Origin: a virus
Taxonomy: Duplodnaviria; Caudoviricetes
Strand: one strand, 5' to 3'
Virus record (IMG/VR): IMGVR_UViG_3300021373_000002
Span: 1 to 27,069 of that record
Length of the DNA stretch: 27,069 nucleotides
In this document: positions 7,290 through 16,165 of the stretch, piece after piece
Layout of the letters: each line of letters opens with the position of its first letter
Numbering within the stretch: the first letter of the stretch is position 1
Made by a program: the position numbers and the translations under genes
The notes under the pieces: generated by a model
Database searches by the model: none
Seen by the model: only the letters and a program-made list of their open reading frames with translations
Told to the model about the DNA's origin: nothing

Positions 7290-7296
7290 GTTCTAA
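7063..7296 (+). CDS. XRE-type HTH regulator
   Basis: MNFGLWVQ...LAGRIGSHPSLLCKWRAGLSNP. Stop overlaps the TerL start (TAATG). Confidence 0.72.
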   Translation: MNFGLWVQMELHQHEKSLSWLAGRIGSHPSLLCKWRAGLSNPKTEYFFLVCKEISLLRREPIEKTIREGAQSMGIKF

Positions 7297-8711
7297 TGAG
7301 CATCCGGGATACTACAAAGAACCTAAGAAGGCTACGGAATCGGGCTACCCAGAATCCTCTAGCGTACTTCTGCCCTACTCCTCCCCAGGAGGCTTGGTTA
7401 AAAGATCCCAGTAAGATTAAGCTCCTACTCGGAGGAAACCAAGTAGGGAAAACTTATGCCCAGACCGCAGAACTCCTCTATCGATGCCTCGGTAACCATC
7501 CTTATCTACAGACAGATCCTCCACCTATCCAGGCTTTCCTTATTACCCACTCTCACCAGCAGAGTATCACGATCCAAGAGAAGCTCTATGCGATGTGTCC
7601 TAAGGATGCTCTCCATCCCTCTTGTGAGTTCGTACCCGGTAGAGGCTTTCGAGGTATCCATCCGGTAGTAAGATTCAATAATGGAAGCATGATACACGTA
7701 AAGACCGCTAACCAAGGGCTCGGATTGGCCTCTGCAACACTTTCGTATGTGGCCATCGATGAACCTGTCAGTAGAGAGGTGTGGGGGGAGTTGATCAGCA
7801 GGGTTTTAAGAGGGGGAGCAGGAGGAAGTACTGGTACAGTAGGGATAACTATGACTCCAGTAGGACAAGATGTTAGCTACCTTAAGCAGCTAGTAGATGA
7901 GGGGAGGGTATCTTGTACGAAGGCTCCCCTTACTGTAGAGAAAACTACTCCGAAGTATTGCAAGCCAATCATATCTCAATCGCAGATCGATAATATCTCT
8001 CAGAACTATCTCCCCATCGATAGGGCTGCTCGATTGAATGGAGATTGGGTAGTAGGGGTTCCAGAGGGTAGAGTATTCGATCAGTTCTCCGAGGATATGA
8101 TATCGAAGGAGCCTGCACCAGTAGGAAACTATTCCTTCTGCATCGGAGTAGACCATGGTTCGCAGCCTAATGCTCAAGTAGCGATCCTCGCAGCGGTAGA
8201 AATGAGCGATCCGAGCTCTCCTTGGGTCTATGTACTCGATGAGTATATTTCTGGGGCTGCACCTCCGGAAGCCCATGCACGAGCAATATTGGAGATGCTA
8301 TCTAGAAACCATATCGAGCCAGCATCTTGTAGATGGACTGGGGATAATATCCACTACGGAGGCTCCGGAGGTGGGAAGATGAGTAACTCGTTACTTATGC
8401 GAGCCTTCGAGAAGGTTCTCCAGTATCCGCAAGGTAATCTCCCCTTCAGAATAAGAACGATTAAGAAGCCTCGATATAGTGTATACTATGGCAGTGCTAT
8501 GATACACTCTATTATGGCCAGAAGGCAATTTTTCATTAGCCCTAAATGCGAGAGATTGATACTTTCTTTGCAAAGATGGACAATGAAGAAGAACCAAAGC
8601 GCAAGATCTAAGGATGAGTGGGGTCACTCGGTCGATGCTCTTAGATACTGTGTAGTTCCCACCCTAGAATCCAGTAAAGCAAATATCCCCGGTAAACTAA
8701 GGATCTATTGA
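7296..8711 (+). CDS. terL: Terminase large subunit
   Basis: Walker A GGNQVGKT, Walker B YVAIDE, coupling motif TMTP, nuclease motifs GVDHG and HSVDALRY. Confidence 0.93.
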   Translation: MSIRDTTKNLRRLRNRATQNPLAYFCPTPPQEAWLKDPSKIKLLLGGNQVGKTYAQTAELLYRCLGNHPYLQTDPPPIQAFLITHSHQQSITIQEKLYAMCPKDALHPSCEFVPGRGFRGIHPVVRFNNGSMIHVKTANQGLGLASATLSYVAIDEPVSREVWGELISRVLRGGAGGSTGTVGITMTPVGQDVSYLKQLVDEGRVSCTKAPLTVEKTTPKYCKPIISQSQIDNISQNYLPIDRAARLNGDWVVGVPEGRVFDQFSEDMISKEPAPVGNYSFCIGVDHGSQPNAQVAILAAVEMSDPSSPWVYVLDEYISGAAPPEAHARAILEMLSRNHIEPASCRWTGDNIHYGGSGGGKMSNSLLMRAFEKVLQYPQGNLPFRIRTIKKPRYSVYYGSAMIHSIMARRQFFISPKCERLILSLQRWTMKKNQSARSKDEWGHSVDALRYCVVPTLESSKANIPGKLRIY

Positions 8712-8712
8712 T

Positions 8713-10170
8713 ATGTATAGTAATACTCCACTTAAGCCGTTAGCACCTTCCACAGATGAGCAAGAAAGATGGAACCATACCGCTCTCAGAAAGCGCATGA
8801 TTATCGGAGCTTGGGAGCAAGATCTGGAGGATGAACTTGCAAGGCATCTCCCAGCAGATCGGAGAGAGGCTTGGGGTCCAGCAGATCTATCGAGCAATCC
8901 TTTCGAGCAGATCACTAGACAGTTAAGCGTTCTGTATCATGAAGTACCAGCAGTAACTAATCTTAACGGAGATATCTCCGATCTAACTTCTAGAGAAGGA
9001 TTGGTAACCAAGGCCGGATTATGGCAACTGATGCAGAGAGCGCAACAGATGGTAATCGGGCTCCGAGAGAGTGCTATTCGAATCGATGTTAATCCTCATG
9101 TAGAAGGGGCTCCTACTATCGCTCCTGGTATCCAATATCGTATCGTTACTCCGGATCTCCTGTACTGCGAATCAGATCCCGATAATCCGGATATCCCAGT
9201 ATACTACCAAGAGGCTCGATTACGAGAGTACCAAGGGAAAGCCTGCTGGGTAGCAGATGTACTCGATATCCGAGATGTGAATAATCCGATCTTCGGTATG
9301 TTCAAGATCAATAAGGATGGTACACTCGGAGAAGATGTATCGGAATACTATATGGGCCACCCTACCCACAGAGGAGAAGATTATCCTTATCGAGATGGAG
9401 AGGGTAATCCTTTTCTGCCAGTAGTTCTCTACCATGCAGAGAAAACAGGATATCTCTGGGATAGTTATAACGCTTCTCAGATGGTGTACGGATCTCTAAC
9501 TTCTGCGGTTCTGTATTCTATGTGGGTTCACTTGGTAAGAGATGCCTGCTGGAGCCAGAAGTACGTAGCCGGATTATCTGTAGCCGGATTATCTCAGATC
9601 GATCAGAACGAGATAGCCCGGAGATCTTCTATCGCTACCGATCCGAGCTCTATTCTAGTATTCACTCAAGATCCAGATGCTCAAGGCCAGCCCTTAGTAG
9701 GTTCCTTCTCTATTCCTACCGATCCCCATGCTCTCCTCGAAAGCATCTCTAAGTACGAGATGAGAGTAGGACTAGCTGCAGGATTATCTCCTTCAGAACT
9801 CAGTAGAACGAATGGAGATCCGAGATCGGGCTATGCTTTGGCTGTTTCCAAGAGTGGCCAAAGAGAAGCGCAGAAGAAGTTCGCTCCAGTATTCCGTATG
9901 GGAGATGAAGAGCTATTGGCAAAAACTGCTATGCTCGCTAATCGATTCCTCGGTACAGATCTTCCAGAGGATGGATACCGGGTATCGTATCACTCAATGC
10001 CATTAACTCCGGATGAGATGAGAGCGCAGAGGGAGGATATTGTACAGAAGATGACTGCAGGCCTAATCTCCCCAGTTCAAGCGGTTATGATGATGTACGA
10101 TGATATGGATGATAGAGAGGCTCGAGAGTATCTACTTCGTATCCGCAGAGAGAGAGCGGAGTTTATGTAA
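8713..10170 (+). CDS. Portal protein
   Basis: 485 aa gene directly after TerL, with portal-like SGYAL and GLISPVQA C-terminal elements. Mainly a synteny call. Confidence 0.78.
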   Translation: MYSNTPLKPLAPSTDEQERWNHTALRKRMIIGAWEQDLEDELARHLPADRREAWGPADLSSNPFEQITRQLSVLYHEVPAVTNLNGDISDLTSREGLVTKAGLWQLMQRAQQMVIGLRESAIRIDVNPHVEGAPTIAPGIQYRIVTPDLLYCESDPDNPDIPVYYQEARLREYQGKACWVADVLDIRDVNNPIFGMFKINKDGTLGEDVSEYYMGHPTHRGEDYPYRDGEGNPFLPVVLYHAEKTGYLWDSYNASQMVYGSLTSAVLYSMWVHLVRDACWSQKYVAGLSVAGLSQIDQNEIARRSSIATDPSSILVFTQDPDAQGQPLVGSFSIPTDPHALLESISKYEMRVGLAAGLSPSELSRTNGDPRSGYALAVSKSGQREAQKKFAPVFRMGDEELLAKTAMLANRFLGTDLPEDGYRVSYHSMPLTPDEMRAQREDIVQKMTAGLISPVQAVMMMYDDMDDREAREYLLRIRRERAEFM

Positions 10171-10490
10171 TGTATTGTGATCAGTGTAATAAGCCTATCG
10201 AGGAGATCAGTAAGACTATTGTAGAGTGGATATCTTCTGATGATTGGGCTCTGGCTATGTATATTCGATTAGTCCATCCGGGTTGCTGCTATTACGAGAA
10301 AAGTAAAGAACTTCTCGAGAGCTTGGATGCTAATGATCATTGGCTACCGCTCCAAGATCTGGAAACTTTCCTCGATATCGCTTTCGAGATGCCTTGGGAT
10401 AAGGAGAACCTAGCGAAATCCGAGTTTTTAAGATACATTAACCAACGTAACCAACAGCAAAGAGGTACTAATGAAAACAATAACCCATGA
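10170..10490 (+). CDS. Hypothetical protein with CxxC...HxxC zinc-binding pattern
   Basis: YCDQCNKPI...VHPGCC. Translationally coupled to the portal stop (TAATG). Confidence 0.6.
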   Translation: MYCDQCNKPIEEISKTIVEWISSDDWALAMYIRLVHPGCCYYEKSKELLESLDANDHWLPLQDLETFLDIAFEMPWDKENLAKSEFLRYINQRNQQQRGTNENNNP

Positions 10491-11106
10491 GGGAGTAGAA
10501 TACGTATTGAAAGCCGATATCGAATCTGCCTTCAAAGATCGCATCTCCAAACTAAGCGCACGAGCAATCCAAGCCGAAGAGCAAGCGAAAGCACTCCAGG
10601 AGCAGATGGATAACCAATCGGGAGAACTAGAGAAGATCTCCAAGCTCCAAGAGAAAGTAAGTACTCTAGAGCAATCTCTACAGGATGCAGAGAGCAAGTA
10701 TAGTCGAGTATCTATGCTATCCGAGCAAGGTTTTACCGATCCAGAACTACGAGAAGCTGTAGAATGGGCTTACCAACGCTCTAAGACAGAAGCAACCCTC
10801 GAAGATTGGATTAAGGGAATCAAAGAAAAACCGGAAGAAGCTCCCTTAGTACTTAGACCGCATCTCCAAGCGAAGAAGGCTCCAGAAGTCAGTACAGAAA
10901 GCGCAGAAGCATCTCCGATGGTGACAGAAGCAGCCCCAGTCCAAGATGCTCCTACTCTCCTTCCTCCGAAAACGAATACCGGAGCGAAACCTGCACCAGT
11001 ACAGAGCGGAGATATCCTATCTCGTATTAACGATCCAGAGTTTTACCGAGCCAATCGAGAACAGATCCAAAAGGCTTGGAAAGCCCAGCGCAGAACAACC
11101 CTATAA
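10471..11106 (+). CDS. Capsid scaffolding protein
   Basis: Long coiled coil, Pro/Ala-rich linker and basic C-terminal helix. Lies between portal and capsid. GAGGTAC RBS. Confidence 0.7.
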   Translation: MKTITHEGVEYVLKADIESAFKDRISKLSARAIQAEEQAKALQEQMDNQSGELEKISKLQEKVSTLEQSLQDAESKYSRVSMLSEQGFTDPELREAVEWAYQRSKTEATLEDWIKGIKEKPEEAPLVLRPHLQAKKAPEVSTESAEASPMVTEAAPVQDAPTLLPPKTNTGAKPAPVQSGDILSRINDPEFYRANREQIQKAWKAQRRTTL

Positions 11107-11127
11107 ACCAAGATCGAAGGAGGTACA

Positions 11128-11436
11128 ATGTCACTAGATCTACGAAGTTCTAATATATATCCGAAAGTGAAAGTTTTCACTGCTAACCAAACTGCTACAG
11201 AGATCCAACTACCGAAAACTGCTCGGAAAGTAACGATCGGATGCCAGCAGCACGAGATACACTGGAGTGATACTGGTACACATGGAGTAATACTTGGTAA
11301 TGATAAGGTTCCTCTCCCTGCTGGTTCTTACATGCAAGTGCATCTTGCTAGGGGTAGAAACCGAAGCCCTAATATCTATATCGCTACCAAGAGCTCTTCT
11401 TCTGCTGATGTAGTTCTCATCTTCGAGGAGGAATAA
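11128..11436 (+). CDS. Small beta-rich virion protein (putative decoration/fibre accessory)
   Basis: GGAGGTAC RBS, alternating beta-strand pattern, located in the head module. Confidence 0.5.
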   Translation: MSLDLRSSNIYPKVKVFTANQTATEIQLPKTARKVTIGCQQHEIHWSDTGTHGVILGNDKVPLPAGSYMQVHLARGRNRSPNIYIATKSSSSADVVLIFEEE

Positions 11437-11654
11437 TGGCCTTATACTTTGCTCCGAGATCTGATAGACCGCAGATCCACTCCTTTTCGAATAGTACTCA
11501 AGTACTGATTAACCATAATCTCGGATATAAACCGATGGTGCAGATAATCCTTTCAGATGGGACTATAGCAGAAGGTGAAGTATCCCATACGGATTCGAAT
11601 AGCGTGCTAATATCTTTCCAAATTTCACTCTCCGGAGAGATTATCTTGAGATAG
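11436..11654 (+). CDS. Small 'HNLG' fibre-associated domain protein
   Basis: INHNLGYKPMVQI...SNSVLISF matches the C-terminal domain of the next gene (LNHQLGEKIVHVSAY...ANNVKV). Confidence 0.65.
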   Translation: MALYFAPRSDRPQIHSFSNSTQVLINHNLGYKPMVQIILSDGTIAEGEVSHTDSNSVLISFQISLSGEIILR

Positions 11655-11662
11655 TATAGAGA

Positions 11663-11682
11663 GCGAGGGATACTACCCTCGT
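11663..11682 (+). other. Intergenic stem-loop GCGAGGG-ATACTA-CCCTCGT
   Basis: 7-bp stem between genes followed by aatcttttctt. Could be a weak terminator or a 5' stabilising hairpin. Confidence 0.45.
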
Positions 11683-11707
11683 AATCTTTTCTTACATGGA
11701 GTTAAAA

Positions 11708-13075
11708 ATGCAATTTCTTGCACCTACAAATATTTTTGAAGGGGTCGTTCAACTTAATGAAGATCCTACAGCTGGTAACCACGCAGTAACCAAATCTTAC
11801 TTGGAAGCTAATGCAGTAGTCGGAATCGCTTCTGATAGCGCAAACTACGCAGAGCTTGTAACTGTAGATGGTGAGAAGCAACTTAAGCTTAAGCCTCTTA
11901 CTATTACAGATGTAAGCGTAGATACTTCTGCTGCTTCTTTGAGTGCTTGGGTAACTGCCAACTACACTAACGGAGATGAGAAGCAAGAGGGAGATATCAT
12001 TATCCTTACTGCTGTTTCTGGTCGTGCTGAAACTTGGATCCATAATGGTGGAACTGCTGGAGATGCTACAGACTTCGCAGAGATCGAAGGTGCAGACGTT
12101 ACAGATGCAGAAATCCGAGCTTCTTTATCCGCTTCTGCTGGTATCGATTTCAATGCTTCTACTGGTGAGTTCACTGCCGATCAAGGTGAGATCCGAGGCT
12201 TCTTCGCTGCTGGTACTGGCCTTGCTTATGATGGTGCTAACGGTACTTTCTCTCTCGATACTGATACCGATGGTATCTCCGAAGGTACTACTAACTTGTA
12301 CTTTACTAATGCTCGTGCTCAAGGTGCTATTTCTGTAGAAGGTGCTGGCCTTTCTTATTCCGGTGGTGCTATCTCTTTAACTGCCGATACTGATGATATC
12401 GCTGAAGGTGCTAATCTGTACTTTACAGATGCTCGTGCTCGTGGTGCTTTGTCTGTTGCTACTGTGACTGGTCCAGATATCCAATTGCTCTCTAAAGATG
12501 CTAATGGGGTTATGTCAGTTCCTTTGTCTGGTGTATTCCAAGAATTATCTGCTGGCCAAGGATTATCTTGGGATGGTGGTGGACAGTTCTCTCTCGATGC
12601 TAATACTGATGATATCCAGCAGTTAGTAGGAGCTACTAACAAGTTCTACGCTGATTCTTTGGTAGATGCTCATCTCTCTGGTGGTACTGCTATCGATTAC
12701 TCTGCTGGTGTAATCTCGTTCAATGGTGATACTGATGATGTAGCTGAAGGTACTAACTTGTACTTTACCGATGCTCGTGCTCGTAGTGCTATCGCTGCCG
12801 ATCCTGCTGCTGGTAATCTGGCATCTTACGATAGTGCTACTGGTGAGATCTTGGTAGCTATTTCGGATTTCCGTACTACCTTCGCTCCTCAGAACTTGGC
12901 TGCTAATACTTGGGCTACTTTGAACCATCAATTAGGTGAGAAGATCGTTCATGTATCTGCTTATGACTCTAACGGTGACAAGATCCAATTGGATGTTCAA
13001 TTGGTAGATGCCAATAACGTTAAAGTTAAATCTGTTAAGTCTGTTACTGGCTTGGAAATTGTCGTATCTTTGTAA
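11708..13075 (+). CDS. Fibre protein (probable head fibre) with TDDxxEGxxNLYFTxARAR repeats
   Basis: Three clear repeats (near 12281, 12404 and 12746) and one degenerate repeat. Gly/Ala/Asp-rich, with a C-terminal NHQLG domain. GGAG RBS before ATG 11708. Confidence 0.7.
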   Translation: MQFLAPTNIFEGVVQLNEDPTAGNHAVTKSYLEANAVVGIASDSANYAELVTVDGEKQLKLKPLTITDVSVDTSAASLSAWVTANYTNGDEKQEGDIIILTAVSGRAETWIHNGGTAGDATDFAEIEGADVTDAEIRASLSASAGIDFNASTGEFTADQGEIRGFFAAGTGLAYDGANGTFSLDTDTDGISEGTTNLYFTNARAQGAISVEGAGLSYSGGAISLTADTDDIAEGANLYFTDARARGALSVATVTGPDIQLLSKDANGVMSVPLSGVFQELSAGQGLSWDGGGQFSLDANTDDIQQLVGATNKFYADSLVDAHLSGGTAIDYSAGVISFNGDTDDVAEGTNLYFTDARARSAIAADPAAGNLASYDSATGEILVAISDFRTTFAPQNLAANTWATLNHQLGEKIVHVSAYDSNGDKIQLDVQLVDANNVKVKSVKSVTGLEIVVSL

Positions 13076-13089
13076 GATATAATCTCCTC

Positions 13090-13154
13090 AAAAAGGGGAG
13101 AGGGTCGTACCTCCCCCACTCTCCTTCCTCCCCTCTTCTGGGGAGGTTTTTTTT
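13090..13154 (+). ncRNA. Candidate ~65-nt small RNA with anti-RBS loop (sRNA-2)
   Basis: TATAAT at 13078-13083. Hairpin 13093-13126 has loop TCGTACCTCC and is followed by an intrinsic terminator. Confidence 0.45.
13127..13154 (+). terminator. Rho-independent terminator
   Basis: CCTCCCC-TCTTCT-GGGGAGG followed by T8. Confidence 0.88.
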
Positions 13155-13158
13155 ATCC

Positions 13159-13187
13159 TTGCAATAGGGCTATTTTTGCTATAAGAT
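13159..13187 (+). promoter_or_regulatory. Sigma70-type promoter for the major capsid gene, TTGCAA-N17-TAAGAT
   Basis: Immediately after the terminator, with a 17-nt spacer. Confidence 0.6.
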
Positions 13188-13265
13188 ACAGATGGGTAGG
13201 GTCGCTCCCGAAACAGCAGAAGAGCCCAAAAACTTCTATTTATTCCCCTTACATATGGTGTAATC

Positions 13266-14198
13266 ATGGCAAATGAAATTACTTTTACTGGGCTTGAGGG
13301 AGATCTTCGCTTAAGCCAGATGATATCTGCGGAAATTCGCTTACTCTTGAAGGATTCCGTAAATCTTCGTAACACTCCTTTCGTAGACTTCGTAGGAAGC
13401 ATTAACGGTATGGGTTCTGATACCATCCGAGTACGACAAGCTTTCTTAGATGGTGAATCGGGATTCACTGAGTTTACTGGTGCTACAGAAGAAAACGCAG
13501 TAGCTAACACTGCTCTCGTAGACTCTCATACAGATGTAGTCTGTAAACGACAGAGTTTAGCCTACTCGATCACTGATCTCGCTTCGATGACTGGGATGGG
13601 TGCTGATATCGATCCTTTCCGTATCGCTGAGCATATCGCTAAATCTTACGATGCTTTGTTCGCTAAGTTAACTGCTGCTTTGTTCGGTGGTTTTACTGCT
13701 ATTGTTGGTGCTGGTGCTGCTATGAGTGTAGATACCTTCATCGATGGTATCCAAACCTTAGAAGCTGCTAGTAGCAATAAAGGTGCTCCTGGTCCTTATG
13801 TTTGTGTATTGCACCCTGCCCAATATGCAGAATTGCAAGACAGTATCCGTAGTGAATCTAGCATCTTAGCTTTCAATCCTGCTTCTTATGAGGCTATCTC
13901 TGCTAAGGGATCACACTATAAAGGAACCTTTATGGGTGTTGAGATCTATACTAGCTCTTACGTAACTAATGATGGAACTGACTACGCTGGTGCTATGTTC
14001 GCTCCTGGTGCTATCGGTTATGCTACTGGTATGCCTAATGCTCTTCCTGGTGCTGTTGAAGCTATGGAAATGGGTGAGGTTATGGTAGAGATGGATCGAG
14101 ATGCTGCTAAGGCTCTTACTAAGGTTGTAGGACATGCTTACTTAGGTATGGCAATCTTGGAAAATGCTCGTGGTGTTGAGATGGCTTCTGCGGTCTAA
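13266..14198 (+). CDS. Major capsid protein
   Basis: 310 aa. GSDTIRV E-loop start, YVCVLHPAQYAEL and GTFMGVEIYTS are typical of the HK97 fold. Strongly biased codons, with its own promoter and terminator. Confidence 0.88.
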   Translation: MANEITFTGLEGDLRLSQMISAEIRLLLKDSVNLRNTPFVDFVGSINGMGSDTIRVRQAFLDGESGFTEFTGATEENAVANTALVDSHTDVVCKRQSLAYSITDLASMTGMGADIDPFRIAEHIAKSYDALFAKLTAALFGGFTAIVGAGAAMSVDTFIDGIQTLEAASSNKGAPGPYVCVLHPAQYAELQDSIRSESSILAFNPASYEAISAKGSHYKGTFMGVEIYTSSYVTNDGTDYAGAMFAPGAIGYATGMPNALPGAVEAMEMGEVMVEMDRDAAKALTKVVGHAYLGMAILENARGVEMASAV

Positions 14199-14218
14199 TC
14201 GTTTTCTCCGTTCGTTGT

Positions 14219-14248
14219 GGTGGGGGCTCTCTTGGGCTCCCATCTTTT
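14219..14248 (+). terminator. Rho-independent terminator after capsid gene
   Basis: GGTGGGGGCTC-TCTT-GGGCTCCCATC followed by TTTT. Confidence 0.75.
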
Positions 14249-14271
14249 AATCTTTTAATGAGGTACAAATT

Positions 14272-14928
14272 ATGAGTTTTTCTCCGCAACCTTGGGCTCC
14301 AGTTCAACAAACCCAAGATAAGCTCCTTCCAGAGCAACCAAACCACCCCTTTTTCTATAAATGGCATCCTACCAATTGGACCTTCCAATATTTCGAGAAG
14401 GAAGTAACGAAGGGTAAGAGCACAAAGATAGAGCTTAAGGGCTATTTTATTCCAACTGTACGTATGGAGAGAATCATCCCCGGAGTGAATGGAGTACACC
14501 AAGTACAAGGAGAGATCGGAAACCCTGGATCTCGTATTGGAAAACTCCAGCAAGAAGGATGGATCTATCTAGACCCCGGAAAGTTTCAATATGTACACCA
14601 GTACCGAGTACGAGGTGGAAGATATCACTGTTCTAAGTTCCAATCTGTACGAGTAGTAGGAAACCGAGTAATTAAAAACTTCGATAAGGATGCTTTCGCT
14701 CGCTGGAGTGTATCTCTCGCAGTAGATGGAACCTTCCAACCTATCGAGCCCCACTTCTGGGAGCTCGAAGCTCTTAAGCTTGAGAAGCCTATCCGAAGAT
14801 TACAGAATACCCAGCATATTCCAGAAGTTAAGCAGAAGTTAGAAGAGCAATACAAACTGAAGAAGGATATGTTATCATTTATCGAAGAGTTCAACAAGAT
14901 CGGATTAGAGATCTATAAGGATATGTAA
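14272..14928 (+). CDS. Hypothetical protein (head/neck module)
   Basis: GAGGTAC RBS, 218 aa, coupled to the next gene. No motif recognised. Confidence 0.7.
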   Translation: MSFSPQPWAPVQQTQDKLLPEQPNHPFFYKWHPTNWTFQYFEKEVTKGKSTKIELKGYFIPTVRMERIIPGVNGVHQVQGEIGNPGSRIGKLQQEGWIYLDPGKFQYVHQYRVRGGRYHCSKFQSVRVVGNRVIKNFDKDAFARWSVSLAVDGTFQPIEPHFWELEALKLEKPIRRLQNTQHIPEVKQKLEEQYKLKKDMLSFIEEFNKIGLEIYKDM

Positions 14929-15695
14929 TGGCAACCAGTACTCCATACGCTCCACAAATCAAGATACCAGAGCTTCTCGAACGAGGGAAGAGTAATACTT
15001 CTATCCTCCCTATCTATCGAGATGGAGTACTCGTAGTTCCTACAGAGGTTCGATACACTCTATATAAACCAAACCAAGACAAGTTAATCGATAATGCTGC
15101 TGCTTCCTTTCCTGGTAATATTCCTACTTTCGTTCATAGTGCATCTATCCTCCCCGAAGAAACAACCCTCGGAGAGGGGTACTTGCAAGAGTGGAAGATT
15201 ACAATTGTAGGAGAGGTATTTACTTTCCGTAGAATGGCATCGGTAGTCCTTCGGAGGCTCTACCCAGTAGTATCCGATGGAGATCTTACTGCTACTTACT
15301 CTCAGTTAGCAGATATCAGACCTTCCAATCTTACCTCGTACCAAACCTATATCGATGAAGCTTGGTATACAATGATCCAGAGGATGAGAACCGAAGGAGG
15401 AGGCCTGGAATACTTGGTAATGAGTGCAGAGGCTTTCCGGGCTGCTCATCAGAATCTAGCCCTATATTATATCTTCCGAGATTTCCACTCGAGCCTTGGC
15501 CAATCGAACGGAAGATATCTAGATCTTGCCAATGAGCACTTTGCTCAGTATCGAGATGAGTGGAAGCGGATTAACTTCGTATATGACCATAATCACGATG
15601 GACAAACTGCCAACCCAGAAGATCGAGTAGCCAAGCAGCCTGTAATCTATCTGAATGGTAACGGTCGCTTCTCTCGTAGATTTCGGAGAAGATGA
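14928..15695 (+). CDS. Putative head-tail adaptor
   Basis: Synteny, and a helical C-terminal half (YIDEAW...LALYYIF) like connector proteins. Function is inferred. Confidence 0.5.
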   Translation: MATSTPYAPQIKIPELLERGKSNTSILPIYRDGVLVVPTEVRYTLYKPNQDKLIDNAAASFPGNIPTFVHSASILPEETTLGEGYLQEWKITIVGEVFTFRRMASVVLRRLYPVVSDGDLTATYSQLADIRPSNLTSYQTYIDEAWYTMIQRMRTEGGGLEYLVMSAEAFRAAHQNLALYYIFRDFHSSLGQSNGRYLDLANEHFAQYRDEWKRINFVYDHNHDGQTANPEDRVAKQPVIYLNGNGRFSRRFRRR

Positions 15696-16123
15696 TGGGG
15701 CAATCTCTATCCAGTATCCGAAGAGGAATAGCATCGAAGATCGAAGAGATATCGGGCTTCAAGGAATCTAAGCATACCCCGGATTATTTCGGGAGAACTG
15801 AGAACACAGTAGCCCATAAGGCTTTCTCTATCTCCGTAGCGAGTTCTACTGCTATGGAAGAAAGACAGAGAAGAGCGGTAGGAGTGTACTTGGCTACTCC
15901 GATGCAGGTTCTTTTCTCGTATCGCTTAAGACCTCTCGATATCTACCCTACGGATTACGATGGGAGCCTAGATGCAGAGGAAGAAATCATTAACAAAGTA
16001 CTCGAAGCCTATCCTACAGATAATCAGTTTTCTATCCGCTATCTAAGCTCCGATAGAACGGTTACAGATAGTCAAGAGTATATTATCATTACTCTATCGT
16101 TCAATATTCTACACACTATCTAA
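15692..16123 (+). CDS. Putative tail terminator / tail completion protein
   Basis: 143 aa gene directly before the tail tube gene, with an N-terminal helix (SIRRGIASKI) and a terminal beta strand. Confidence 0.55.
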   Translation: MMGQSLSSIRRGIASKIEEISGFKESKHTPDYFGRTENTVAHKAFSISVASSTAMEERQRRAVGVYLATPMQVLFSYRLRPLDIYPTDYDGSLDAEEEIINKVLEAYPTDNQFSIRYLSSDRTVTDSQEYIIITLSFNILHTI

Positions 16124-16165
16124 CCGCATCGGATAGAATAGTAATCATTATCCCCGGAGGCCCTC

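Noticed and set aside
7730-7880. Patch in terL around Walker B that looks compositionally different (possible recombined tract or intron site)
   Set aside because: The frame is intact, with no intron or intein features, and the patch is too short to judge by eye.
9565-9594. 15-bp tandem duplication GTAGCCGGATTATCT x2 in the portal gene
   Set aside because: Only two in-frame copies (VAGLS VAGLS) with no spacer. Not a CRISPR or contingency locus.
12270-12790. Recurring DNA repeats as a CRISPR array or DGR template/variable pair
   Set aside because: They are coding repeats of the fibre motif with irregular spacing, and no cas or reverse transcriptase gene is present.
13191-13230. Known riboswitch or ribozyme (fluoride, c-di-GMP, hammerhead)
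   Set aside because: The core consensus elements are missing. Kept only as an unclassified structured leader.
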